A DNA stretch of 62,840 nucleotides, filler included, from Octopus bimaculoides (lineage: Eukaryota), in NCBI RefSeq assembly GCF_001194135.2. It is 5 parts of 5 records of this genome, joined end to end, with 100 filler letters (N's around TTAATTAATTAA, not from the genome) between each part and the next. Parts side by side here need not be neighbours in the genome. Positions count along the whole stretch, not along the records: positions 32,805 to 59,910 come from NC_069002.1; positions 60,011 to 62,840 come from NW_026297408.1; 3 more parts are not named here. The stretch is one strand, 5' to 3'. The notes beneath the pieces were generated by a model. It saw only the letters and a list, made by a program, of their open reading frames with translations, had not been told where the DNA came from and ran no database searches. How positions within the stretch are numbered: the first letter of the stretch is position 1; each line of letters begins with the position of its first letter. This document shows, piece after piece, positions 51,200 through 61,896 of this stretch. A program made the translations under genes and the position numbers.

Positions 51200-51258
51200 T
51201 AACTCTCGTTTCATCCCATCGGGTATTGAGTCGGTTCGATGGAATCCAAAGAGAGTTA
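51200..51258 (+). ncRNA. Candidate pre-miRNA-like hairpin, copy 3
   Basis: Same hairpin with GGGATTC>GGAATCC in the 3' arm (one stem mismatch, one internal-loop change) and one loop substitution. Confidence 0.35.
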
Positions 51259-51351
51259 TCTCGCATGGCCATTGAAAGCCAGAGCACACAGGCTCTCTCT
51301 CTCTTTTTCTCACTCTTTTCCTCTGTCTCTCCCCCCCTCTCTCTCTCTCTC

Positions 51352-51392
<41 letters not shown>

Positions 51393-51985
51393 GTCTCCCT
51401 CTCTCTCCCTCTCTTCCTCTTCTCTATTTCTCGCTTCCTCGCTCTCCCTCTCTCACTCTCCCTTTCTTTCTCTCTGTCTCCCTCTCTCTGTCTCTCTATC
51501 TCTGTATCTCTCTCTCTCTATGTCTCTCTCTGTCTCCCTGTCTCTCCCTCTCTTCCTCTTCTCTATCTCTCTCTCCCTCGCTCTCCCTCTCTCACTCTCC
51601 ATTTCTCTCTCTGTGTCTCCCTCTCTCTGTCTCTCTCTGTCTCCCTCTCTCTGTCTCTCTCTCTGTCTCCCTTTCTCTCCATCTCTTCCTCTTCTCTATC
51701 TCTCTCTCTCGCTGTCCCTCTCTCCCTCTCACTCTCTCTCTCTCTCATTCTGTTTCTCTCTCTCTCTCTTTCTCTCCCTCTCCCTACCATTCTGTGTGTG
51801 TGTGTCTGCCTGTCTGTCTGCCTGTCTGTCTGTTTGTCTCTCTCTCCCTCTCTCTCTCTATCGCACTCGCACTACCTCTATTCTTCCTTCTCTCTCTCTC
51901 TATCTCTTTTTCTCCCTCTCTCTCTCCCTCTCTCTCTCAAACACATACAGAAACACACATACACACACACATACACACACACACA

Positions 51986-52024
<39 letters not shown>

Positions 52025-52248
52025 ACACACACACAATGTACCTATTACCAGACACATAAACTTAAATNNNNNNNNNNACACACACACACACACACATACA
52101 CACACACACACAATGTACCTATTACCAGACACATAAACTTAAATCATATGAAATGTACATTTCTCTGTAAGCCTCATAACACATTCTTGAGATGCGGTCA
52201 TCAAAAGCAGCTGCTTTAAACCCACGTGCTAGCCATCACCAATCCATG

Positions 52249-52307
52249 TAACTCTCGTTTCATCCCATCGGGTATTGAGTCGCTTCGATGGGATTCAAAG
52301 AGAGTTA
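52249..52307 (+). ncRNA. Candidate pre-miRNA-like hairpin, copy 4 (consensus-like)
   Basis: TAACTCTCGTTTCATCCCATCG-GGTATTGAGTCGCTT-CGATGGGATTCAAAGAGAGTTA, with basal extensions CCATG/CATGG and CAAT/ATTG. Confidence 0.4.
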
Positions 52308-52458
52308 TCTCGCATGGCCATTGAAAGCCAGAACACTTTTAGGCTTGGCGAATCTTCAACTGCAAAGCACACAGGCTCTCTCTCTCTCTCTTTTTCTCAC
52401 TCTCTCTCTCTCTCTCCCACTCTCTCTGATTCTCTCTCTCTCTGTCTGTCTCTCTCTG

Positions 52459-52519
<61 letters not shown>

Positions 52520-52702
52520 CCCTCTCGCTCTCTCTCCCTCTCTTCCTCTTCTCCCTCTCTCTCTCCCTCACTCTCCCTCTCTCACTCTCCCTTTCTCTCT
52601 CTCTCATTCTGTTTCTCTCTCTCTCTCGCTCATTCTGTTTCTCTCTCTCTCTCATTCTGTTTCTCTCTCTATCTCTCTCTCTTTCTCTCCCTCTCCCTCC
52701 CA

Positions 52703-52761
52703 CTCTCTCTGTTTCATCCCATCGGGTATTGAGCCGCTTCGATGGGATTCAAAGAGAGTTA
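52703..52761 (+). ncRNA. Candidate hairpin, copy 5; 5' end replaced by CT microsatellite
   Basis: Starts at GTTTCATCCC directly after CTCTCTCT. The 3' arm is intact and the CT tract can partly re-pair with GAGAG. Confidence 0.25.
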
Positions 52762-52851
52762 TCTCGCATGGCCATTGAAAGCCAGACCACTTTTAGACTT
52801 GGCGAATCTTGAACTGCAAAGGACACAAGCTCTCTCTCTCTCGTTTTCTCA

Positions 52852-52883
<32 letters not shown>

Positions 52884-54289
52884 GCCTCTCTGTCTGTCTG
52901 TCTGGCTGTCTCTCCCTCTCTCTGTCTCTCTCTCTCTCTGTCTCCCTCTCTCTCCCTCTCTTCCTCTTCTCTATCTCAGTCTCCCTCGCTCTCTCTCTCT
53001 CACTCTCCCTTTGTTTCTCTCTGTCTCCCCCTCCCTGTCTCTCTCTCTGTATCTCTCTCTCTGTCTCTCTCTCTGTCTCTCTCTCTCTCTGTCTCCCTCT
53101 CTCTCCCTCTCTTCCTCTTCTCTATCTCTCTCCCTCGCTCTCCCTCTCTCACTCTCCCTTTCTCTCTCCCTGTCTCTCTCACTATGTCTCTCTCTCTCTG
53201 TCTCCCTCTCTCTCCCTCCCTCCCTCTTCTCTATCACTCGCTCTCTCGCTCTCCCTCTCTCACTCTCACAGTCTCTCTCTCTCTCTCTCATTCTGTTTCT
53301 CTCTGTCTCTCATTCTGTTTCTCCCTGTCTCTCATTCTGTTTCTCTCTCTCTCTCTCTCTCTTTCCCCCTCTCTCTCTCTCTGTGCCTCTCTGTCTGTCT
53401 GTCTGTCTGTCTGTCTCTCCCTCTCTGTCTCTGTCTCTCTCTGTCTTCCTCTCTGTCTTCCTCTCTCTCCCTCTCTTCATCGTCTCTATCTCAGTCTCCC
53501 TCACTCTCCCTCTCTCACTCTCCCTTTCTTTCTCTCTGTCTCCCTCTCTCTGTCTCTCTCTCTCTGTCTCTCTCTCTGTCTTTCTCTCTCTCTGTCTCCC
53601 TCTCTCTCCTTCTCTTCCTCTTCTCTATCTTTCTCTCCCTCGCTCTCCCTCTCTCACTCTCCCTTTCTCTCTCTCTGTCTCCCTCCCTATGTCTCACTCT
53701 CTCTGTCTCCCTCTCTCTCTCGCTCTCCCTCTCTCACTCTCACATTCTCTCTCTCTCTCTCATTCTGTTTCTCTCTCTCTCATTCTGTTTCTCTCTCTCT
53801 CTCATTCTGTTTCTCTCTCTCTCTCTCTCTCTTTCTCTCCCTCTCCCTCCCATTCTGTGTGTGTTGGTCTGCCTGTCTGCCTGCCTGTCTGTCTGCCTGT
53901 ATGTCTGTTTGCCTCTCTCCCTCTCTCTCTATCGCACTCGCACTACCTCTATTCTTCCTTCTCTCTCTCTTTATCTCTTTTTCTCACTCTCTCTCTCCCT
54001 CTCCCTCTCACACACATACAGAAACACACATACACACACACACACACACATACACACACATACACATACACACACACACATACACACACACACACACACA
54101 CACAATGTACCTATTACCAGACACATAATATATATATATATATTTGCCCCCCCCCACCGAAAAAAGAAATCAAACAGAAGACGAAGACAGATGTGTAAAT
54201 AAAATACAGAGGTATTAGTTTAAAGCTCGGGAACAGAAAAGGACACAGAAATAAGCAGAAAGAGAAAATAGAAATAGTTTTTTTGGCTA

Positions 54290-54430
54290 GCGATCGATAT
54301 GTAACCTCGTGGGCATCGGTCCTCTTTCTCCGTTCTTCCATTCTCCGAACTTTCCATCTTTCCGACGAAGGGCTACGCCCGAAACGCCATACACTCTCTC
54401 TTTCCTTTCCTGAGCGTCCAATAATACTAT
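54290..54430 (+). mobile_element. Possible Penelope-like element terminal fragment with a mutated minimal hammerhead motif
   Basis: CCGACGA-A-GGGC-TAC-GCCC-GAAA-CGCC at 54362-54388 resembles CUGAnGA-stem II-GAAAC-GUC with two substitutions. Confidence 0.35.
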
Positions 54431-54647
54431 CCATATCACGTCCTCACTTTGTTGTTTTTTTTGTTTTTTTGTTATTGTTTTTTTTAACTATATATATANN
54501 NNNNNNNNNNNNNNNNNNNNNNNNNNNNNNNNNNNNNNNNNNNNNNNNNNNNNNNNNNNNNNNNNNNNNNNNNNNNNNNNNNNNNNNNNNNNNNNNNNNN
54601 NNNNNNNNNNNNNNNNNNNNNNNNNNNNNNNNNNNNNNNNNNNNNNN

Positions 54648-54689
<42 letters not shown>

Positions 54690-55943
54690 ACATATACACG
54701 CGTTTATGTGTATGTGTTCTGTATGCTTTATATGGTCATTCCTGGAAGAATTCAAAATGTACGCTGTACGCTTCACCTGAACATTATTGCAACTACAGTC
54801 CACCGTCCTTGACTGAAGCTGAGCTGCCCCACCTCTACCACTTCCAACTCTACCAGCATCAGCACCATAACCACCAACACCAGCATCACCGACAAATCTG
54901 CTATCAACACACCAATACCAACCTTACTTTACTAATTTACTACGAAGCCAATATTCAAATCTCCGCTGCCAATTTCGCTGTCAGAATGTCAGATGCTTCG
55001 TCTGCAAAACGATCTGATACTTTTAAAGTGTGTCAGTCTGAATATGAATACATTTAGATATTTGTAACTAAACATCATCTCATCAAAAGTCGCCTATCTC
55101 GTATCAGAGAAAGCGCTCACGTTTGTCTTCCGGAATTATTGTTGTAATTTGTGGTGGAAGCGGCAGCGGCGGCGGTGGCGGGACTGACGGAAATGGCGCT
55201 TATTATGGCGGTGATGACGATTGACGTAGTGCCAGTCGTAGCAATGGTGTCGGTCGTAGTGTAAGTTGCACCGCTGGGGAATGGTGGGAGATGGAAATAT
55301 AGCGACGTACGTTCAAAAATGGCTGATCTTTGCTTTGTTTTTCCCTACTTTCTTTCGAAAACTGTTTTACGTTAATGTTAATGTTTGCTGTCAAATATCC
55401 GATTGAATTGTCGAAATGAGTGATTCTAAGAAAAGCTACGACACTTTTAGCGTTAACGAAAACTGTTTCCACATCTCGACAATCTATTGTCTGTCCATGG
55501 ATTGAGCCAGGTAAGGTATTATTAATAGCGACAGCAAATACATCATCGACTTCCGTAGTTTGGCAACAGGCAACAATTTATCTCATTTCCGCTTTATTCA
55601 ACATCAAGCCAATCAATACTTATTACAACCAAATTAAAGGGGAAAGCTCCAGTTTGCTTCTTCCGTATGAATTCCGCACCATACGCAATGTTCCCTTTCT
55701 TTTTCCATCTCTATATTTACTGTTAGCTGTGCATCAGAATCGGTGAAGAATTTTCAGTCCGATCAGCGACGACGACGACGACGACGATGACGACGACGAC
55801 GATGACGGTGAGGACAAGGCAGATACCGTCATTTCTTAGCGAATACCAACATCAACGCCACCACCACAACAATATCATCACTATCACTATCAACATCATC
55901 ATCATCATCGTCGTCATCACCATGGTCGTCATCATCATCATCG

Positions 55944-55978
<35 letters not shown>

Positions 55979-56269
55979 GTCATCATCATTAAGAGCATAA
56001 CCACCTTCATTCATACCACCACCACCACCACCCTCACCCTTCTCCTCATAGCTGCGGTGATATTGTTTGTTGTTGTTGTTGGTGTCTGTTTTAGTATTGA
56101 CTCTTATGATGGTGATTATGTGCTTATTGTTGTGTGAACAAAAGAAGAGCGTAATACAGACTGACAACAACGTACCAGAAAATAATCCAACGACCCAGTG
56201 TTCAGTGTAACACGATTGATGATGATAATGCTGATAACAGAACATAATGATAATTATTATCACTATCAA

Positions 56270-56324
<55 letters not shown>

Positions 56325-56399
56325 GTTCAGTAGTTTTATTTTTATAACGTGCTTTCACTTCACTACCGAGCGCAGCTCTGTGCGCCTTGGGTATGTGCT
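56325..56399 (-). mobile_element. Dong/R4-like 3' end (shortest copy) within (AAT)n
   Basis: Same 3' terminal 75 bp as the two other copies, embedded in ATT repeats. Confidence 0.65.
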
Positions 56400-56451
56400 T
56401 ATTATTATTATTATCACTATTATTATTATTTTTGTTGTTATCGTTATGGAA

Positions 56452-56935
56452 AAGCGGTGGGATGGCAGATCGTTAGCACACCGGACGAAATGCTTAGCGG
56501 TATTTCGTCCGTGGATACGTTCTGAGTTCTAATTCCACCGAGGTCGATTATGCCTTTCACCATTTCGGGGTCGCTATATTAAGTACCAGTGAAACAGTGG
56601 GATAGATGTAATCGACTAGTCCCTTGCCCCAAAATGTCAGGCCTTGTGCATTTAGTAGAAAGGTTTATTATAATTATGAAGACGGCGAACTGGTTGACCT
56701 GTTTGCAGGCCGGACAAAATGCTTAGCAGCATTTCATCATTCTTTATGTTCTGAGTTCAAATGCCACCGAGGTCTACTTTGCCTTTCGTCATACCAGTTA
56801 CACACTGGGGTAGTTGTAATTGACGTACCCGTCCTCCAATGTTGCTAGCCTTGAGTCCAAAATTAGAATGAATTCAAATTCCGTCGAGGTTGACTATGCC
56901 CTTCACCATTTCGGGTCGCTATATTAAGTACCAGT
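56452..56935 (+). mobile_element. Three head-to-tail family B SINE copies (about 56452-56660, 56680-56865, 56870-56935)
   Basis: TTCTGAGTTC.AA.TCCACCGAGGTC and related core motifs occur three times. The third copy repeats TATGCCyTTCACCATTTCGGG.TCGCTATATTAAGTACCAG from the first. Confidence 0.8.
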
Positions 56936-58599
56936 TTGTCTCTATCTCTCCACCATCGCTTGACAACCTATGTTGGTGTGTTTACGTCTCCGTAACTTAG
57001 CGGTTCTGCAAAGAGACCAAAATAATAAGTACCAGGCTTACAAAGAATAAGTCCTCGGCTCAATGTGTACGACTAAAGGCGGTCCTCTAGCGTGGCCGCC
57101 GTCAAATGACGCCACGCATCCATTTCCAAGTAAGTCCATATATATATATATATATATNNNNNNNNNNNNNNNNNNNNNNNNNNNNNNNNNNNNNNNNNNN
57201 NNNNNNNNNNNNNNNNNNNNNNNNNNATATATGCATTTGTATATAACGTCTATTTAGAAATAGGAGGTAGGGATTTATATCGCTTGCTTTCTTGTAACCT
57301 CTTTTTCAAAATAGTCCTGGAAAGATTGAATTAAATGTGAATATCTGCATTTATAAATAAACATTTCATTTCAAATGTATTGATTATCGTAATCAATAAA
57401 TTTAAGTAACCGAACTATTAGTCGTCATTATTGATGATACCAGAATATAATGCGTAAAGTTTATTATAAATATAGATAATTAAATTGAAAAAACTTTCTT
57501 CATATTTTTATAATTTTCTTTAATTCTTAAGTTTGGAGGTGGAATACAATATCAATGAGTTAACATTTGCTGCATAAATTTTCTCGAGGATGTATCAAAA
57601 AGTATGTTATTTTTGATATTAGACACAATAATATAACAAGATATTCTACCAAATAAAGATTGAAAGTCACTATAAGTAGTCACGTTCTCTCAAGAAAGCT
57701 GTCCCAAATTCTTAGATTTCTTGGATATATTTTGAGAGCTAAATCAATAATGTAGCTATATGAATCCTAGTTGTCGTTTCATATTTCGGCCTAATCCGAC
57801 GTCAGTCTCCGAACACCGTTTTCTGAAGCTTTATTTGTGAGATAGGGAAAGAGCCGTGTTGGTAAGAGCAGTTAATCCTCTAATTTCAAATCAATAATTC
57901 CAGGCGGTGCCTTAATTGTTAATTCTAAGCCGTTTTCCGCAATACAGATTTGGTTCCAACCGTTGTTGTTGTTGTAATCTAATAGAGTAAACACGTGTAA
58001 TATTTACTCCTTATTTCTGAAGAATTCAGCTTCTGCCAATCATTCAGATTAACCTCAATAATATATTTCCTTTGTGTCTATTTTTATTTTGATGTTGTCT
58101 ACAATCACTATTAAGTGACATGCCGGTGTAGTCGTTGTAGTGTTTAACCCTGAGTCGGTGGCAGAACACACGCTTATTACGAATTAGTGTATGTATCTCT
58201 GCTGTAAATCATCCATGCGTTTGTTCGTCAGGCACGTCAAATTTATTTACTGCACACCCCATATCAATGTAGAAAATGGCACGCAACTGGTGTCTAACTG
58301 TAGACTAAATCGGATAGGATTGAAGGTTCGAGCCTTGAACATCCCGTCAATTTCAGATATCCAATATACCTCTGTATTGTTGTCAGACAATTCTCTATGG
58401 CTCTAAGGACGTTTAGCTACAATGTCCATTATTCCTAATTTGTCTCTTATTTAATGTAATGCACTACGTGGTGAATAGGATGTCAGCAATCATTGATTCG
58501 AAATAATATAAGCCAGTCCCTGCAGCTGTTGTAGAAACATATATTGCCTGCGAAGGACTAGATAGGACTAATCATAGTATGAAGAAGGTTTAATATCCT

Positions 58600-58912
58600 C
58601 TTCGGTTATGAATAACCATCAGATTGCACCTAGAGAGTTCTCCTCCGAGGCGCAGATTCGGGTATGGTTGTTGGAAGACAGCATAGCAGCCTTCCTTCTC
58701 TACGCTACCGATGTTATTCAAGGCAGAGGCAAAGGTAGATACAGCTCGGCACCAGTGACGTCACAACCCACTACTGCAGCTGAGTGAACCGGAACATCGG
58801 GAGATAAAGTGTCTTGCTCAAGAACACACCACACGGCCCGGTCCGGGAATCGAACTCACTACCTCATAACTGTCAGCCCGATGATCTAACTACTGAGCCA
58901 TGCGCATTCACA
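58600..58912 (-). mobile_element. tRNA-derived CORE-like SINE (family D)
   Basis: On the minus strand: GCGCATGGCTCAGTAGTTAG (A box), GAGTTCGATTCCC (B box), then GTGTTCTTGAGCAAGACACTTTA...TTCACTCAGCTG (CORE-like). Confidence 0.8.
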
Positions 58913-60114
58913 TAGTACATTGGCCGAAATAACATGTTTGCACACACACGTACACACATATGCACACATAACAGCACGTACATAATGGGTGCATGTGTGT
59001 GTATATATACATACATATATATNNNNNNNNNNNNNNNNNNNNNNNNNNNNNNNNNNNNNNNNNNNNNNNNNNNNNNNNNNNNNNNNNNNNNNNNNNNNNN
59101 NNNNNNNNNNNNNNNNNNNNNNNNNNNNNNNNNNNNNNNNNNNNNNNNNNNNNNNNNNNNNNNNNNNNNNNNNNNNNNNNNNNNNNNNNNNNNNNNNNNN
59201 NNNNNNNNNNNNNNNNNNNNNNNNNNNNNNNNNNNNNNNNNNNNNNNNNNNNNNNNNNNNNNNNNNNNNNNNNNNNNNNNNNNNNNNNNNNNNNNNNAGA
59301 GAGAGAGAGAGATAATATTTCTCCAGTGTTCACTATTTTACCCTCGTTCTCATCTAAGGATCCTCCATGCTAGTTTTCGTTTCGTTTCCTAGTATGTCTC
59401 CACTGTCCTGTTTTTGCTGACAATTTATTTTTCATTGAATTATGGTCTAACTAAAAGATTACTTGACAGACCAGTATACCTTGGAGGACATCTTAAAGCA
59501 ATGGCATGAATTTCTGTTAAAAAATGGCAACGAGCTGAGCTGGATGCGGTACGTGTTTAGTTAAGAGGATATCTCTATCTGAAAGTAAACAACTGAACGC
59601 TTACAGATACTGTAACCCGCGAACCAAGATTCACGTGCATTTGTTGTAGGTTCAGTTACGCTAGTAATGGTTGGCCTCTCAATTGGTCGTAGCTTAAATG
59701 TATAACAACAACACGTCGAAAGGTGGGATTTTGCCCCATCACAGCTCTTTACTTCAAAGAGGATATCTCTATCTCTAACTTGACAAATTTATACATGCCC
59801 ACATGCAAATATACATAATTACGGACACCCAAACGAATTTATATACGCATATGTTTATACATAGAACATAGATGCATACATGCATACATATATATATATA
59901 TATATATATANNNNNNNNNNNNNNNNNNNNNNNNNNNNNNNNNNNNNNNNNNNNTTAATTAATTAANNNNNNNNNNNNNNNNNNNNNNNNNNNNNNNNNN
60001 NNNNNNNNNNGCTGTTCCCCATTCTGCTGACTCGTGCAAGAATCGAACTCCTGGCGCTTGGATTACAAATAAACTAAACAATAAAACCAGCAGAGAAAGA
60101 GAAAACTGGCCAGT

Positions 60115-61896
60115 ATGGGCGTTCATCCGTTTGACCAGAACATCGAAGTGGTCAAGCAGATGTGGTCGGAGGTGTTCGAGGCTGGAATCACGACCAACGC
60201 CTATTTGTCCGAAATATGGACATCGACAACGACGACGACTGAGGAGGAGATGGTCTGCAGTGATTCCAGAGGAAGAGAGATCGAATTTGCCCTGCGCTAC
60301 TTCGATGAAAAATATCGACCTTTGAGAATGTTGATGGAGAAACCATCGACATCGAAGTTGATCGAGGTCGAAGGTCAAGATATGACATACACTGAACAGG
60401 CGACAAAGACGATGATGGCTAACACCTCCACCACCACCACCAGCTCCAACAACAATAATAACAGCAACAGCATCAACATAAATGCGACCACTACTTCGGA
60501 AAGGAAACCGTCCACGTGTGACTCCTTTAATTATTTGCAACTGGACTTGTCCGCTGACCCCGTTTCAGCCGCTCTAACCTTTGACACCTCTCACAGAGAC
60601 AGGCCTAAATGTGAAGAGACGGTCAGTACGGATTATAAAGATGAGATGGAGGAGGAAGAAGTAGAAGAAGAAGTAGAGAACCAACAACAACAACAGGGGC
60701 ATTCAGTTGCTTCCCACGGGGGATATCCGATGGCGGATCATCGATTTAATGTTCCTTTTCCGCAACAGGAAAATCCTGAAGGACGCTTCCCGGATGAGAC
60801 CAAGTATAGTATTTGGGACACGGCTCCATCGCAGAATGAGAAATACGATGTGGACTTAGACATGGCGGAGAGTGGAATCGAGTCGAATGGAGCGGTGATG
60901 GAAGGCGAGGAGTGCCAGAAAGATCTTGAGCTCGATGGGGATCCTCTGAATGTATTGAGGACTGAGTTGGGAAGTCAGCTCGGTAAAAGCCGGATGGTTT
61001 GTTCGTCCGGCACTCGGGACAGGATCAGAGCGAGGCTAAAGCGGAACGTGAATGTACCAGAAACGAAACAACATTTGGAGGTGTCGTTGGATAACTTGCG
61101 GAAGCATCTGTGTGCGGCGCCAACATCTTCTTTCGAGATCTTACACTCGTGCCCTAACAACTTCGAGAAACTGAAGTATCTGAGAATCAAAGAGAGGGAA
61201 TCTCCGATGGTGAGGCTCTCGTGTGCCTTCCAGCAGGGTTACTACCTGGAGCTGTTGTTCCCTGGTCGAAAAATCCATACTACGACCACAGCCACCGAAG
61301 CCACCGCCGCAACCACCACCACCACCACTACCAACAACAGCAACTACCTCCAACGTCTGTTCGATCTAAACATGTCTCTGTCCTATTCACGCCAACTGAG
61401 GCAGTTTTACAAAAATTTCCGCCGTTACAGACGGCTACTCCACCTCAACGTTCCCCTCAGGAGTATCTTACGGAACATCAGCCGGATACGAGAGAAAATC
61501 GAAAGTTCTGAACGGGAGGAACAGTTCTGGAGCACGTTACCCACCACAACGATGAGGGCCTTTTACGAATGCTACGGCAAGTGGTTCGGCTTGGCCCTAT
61601 GCGACGTCTATTCTTTGTTCGATGTGGTCGACAACTACCCGTCGGGTACGGCCGAGCAATTCCTGGACAATAAGTGCGTCCGCCTGTACGAATGTGAGGG
61701 CCATATGAAGGCCGTGAAATGGTTGAACTGTTCGGCTGATAAACCGAGGTATCTTTTGGTTTACAGGACCATGGACTATGTACATTGTTTACTGGCTGAG
61801 AAGAAAGGCGACAGATGGACGTATGAACTGTCGTTTGACAGGAACAAAAACAGTATTATAAATGTTGGCATTTACGTTTGTATCAAATCTCATTGA
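60115..61896 (+). CDS. Uncharacterised 593-aa protein, single uninterrupted ORF. It has low-complexity Thr/Asn/Glu/Gln linkers and two or three globular-looking regions (about aa 1-80, 280-385, 410-593).
   Basis: The only long ORF not made of microsatellite or N. It is 1782 nt with no stop, has an in-frame TAA a few codons upstream of the ATG, and is visibly more GC-balanced than its flanks. The C-terminal ~180 aa are rich in aromatic and Cys residues with normal protein composition. No family recognised. Confidence 0.8.
   Translation: MGVHPFDQNIEVVKQMWSEVFEAGITTNAYLSEIWTSTTTTTEEEMVCSDSRGREIEFALRYFDEKYRPLRMLMEKPSTSKLIEVEGQDMTYTEQATKTMMANTSTTTTSSNNNNNSNSININATTTSERKPSTCDSFNYLQLDLSADPVSAALTFDTSHRDRPKCEETVSTDYKDEMEEEEVEEEVENQQQQQGHSVASHGGYPMADHRFNVPFPQQENPEGRFPDETKYSIWDTAPSQNEKYDVDLDMAESGIESNGAVMEGEECQKDLELDGDPLNVLRTELGSQLGKSRMVCSSGTRDRIRARLKRNVNVPETKQHLEVSLDNLRKHLCAAPTSSFEILHSCPNNFEKLKYLRIKERESPMVRLSCAFQQGYYLELLFPGRKIHTTTTATEATAATTTTTTTNNSNYLQRLFDLNMSLSYSRQLRQFYKNFRRYRRLLHLNVPLRSILRNISRIREKIESSEREEQFWSTLPTTTMRAFYECYGKWFGLALCDVYSLFDVVDNYPSGTAEQFLDNKCVRLYECEGHMKAVKWLNCSADKPRYLLVYRTMDYVHCLLAEKKGDRWTYELSFDRNKNSIINVGIYVCIKSH

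Larger units (their letters stand above)
48950..54130 (+). repeat. Tandem array of ~1.05-kb units: (CA)n - conserved ~300-bp core - CT-rich tract
   Basis: The core start AATGTACCTATTACCAGA recurs at about 48960, 50830, 51063, 52035, 52112 and 54105. The hairpin-bearing part recurs at 49096, 50123, 51200, 52249 and, 5'-truncated, at 52711. The first unit is the most diverged and the last is truncated. Some short copies next to small gaps may be assembly duplicates. Confidence 0.95.

Noticed and set aside
49134-54202. ORFs of 230-486 aa starting MGFKESYLAWP or MSRFDGIQRELSR in the tandem array
   Set aside because: They stay open only because CT and CA repeats lack stops, and the frame is not conserved between units.
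55500-55530. Donor-like CAG|GTAAGG
   Set aside because: No convincing upstream acceptor or recognisable peptide; isolated donor motifs are common.
57775-57820. Minus-strand CTGACGTCGGATTAGGCCGAAA, hammerhead-like
   Set aside because: The core is mutated, stem II has only 2 bp, and stems I and III are absent.
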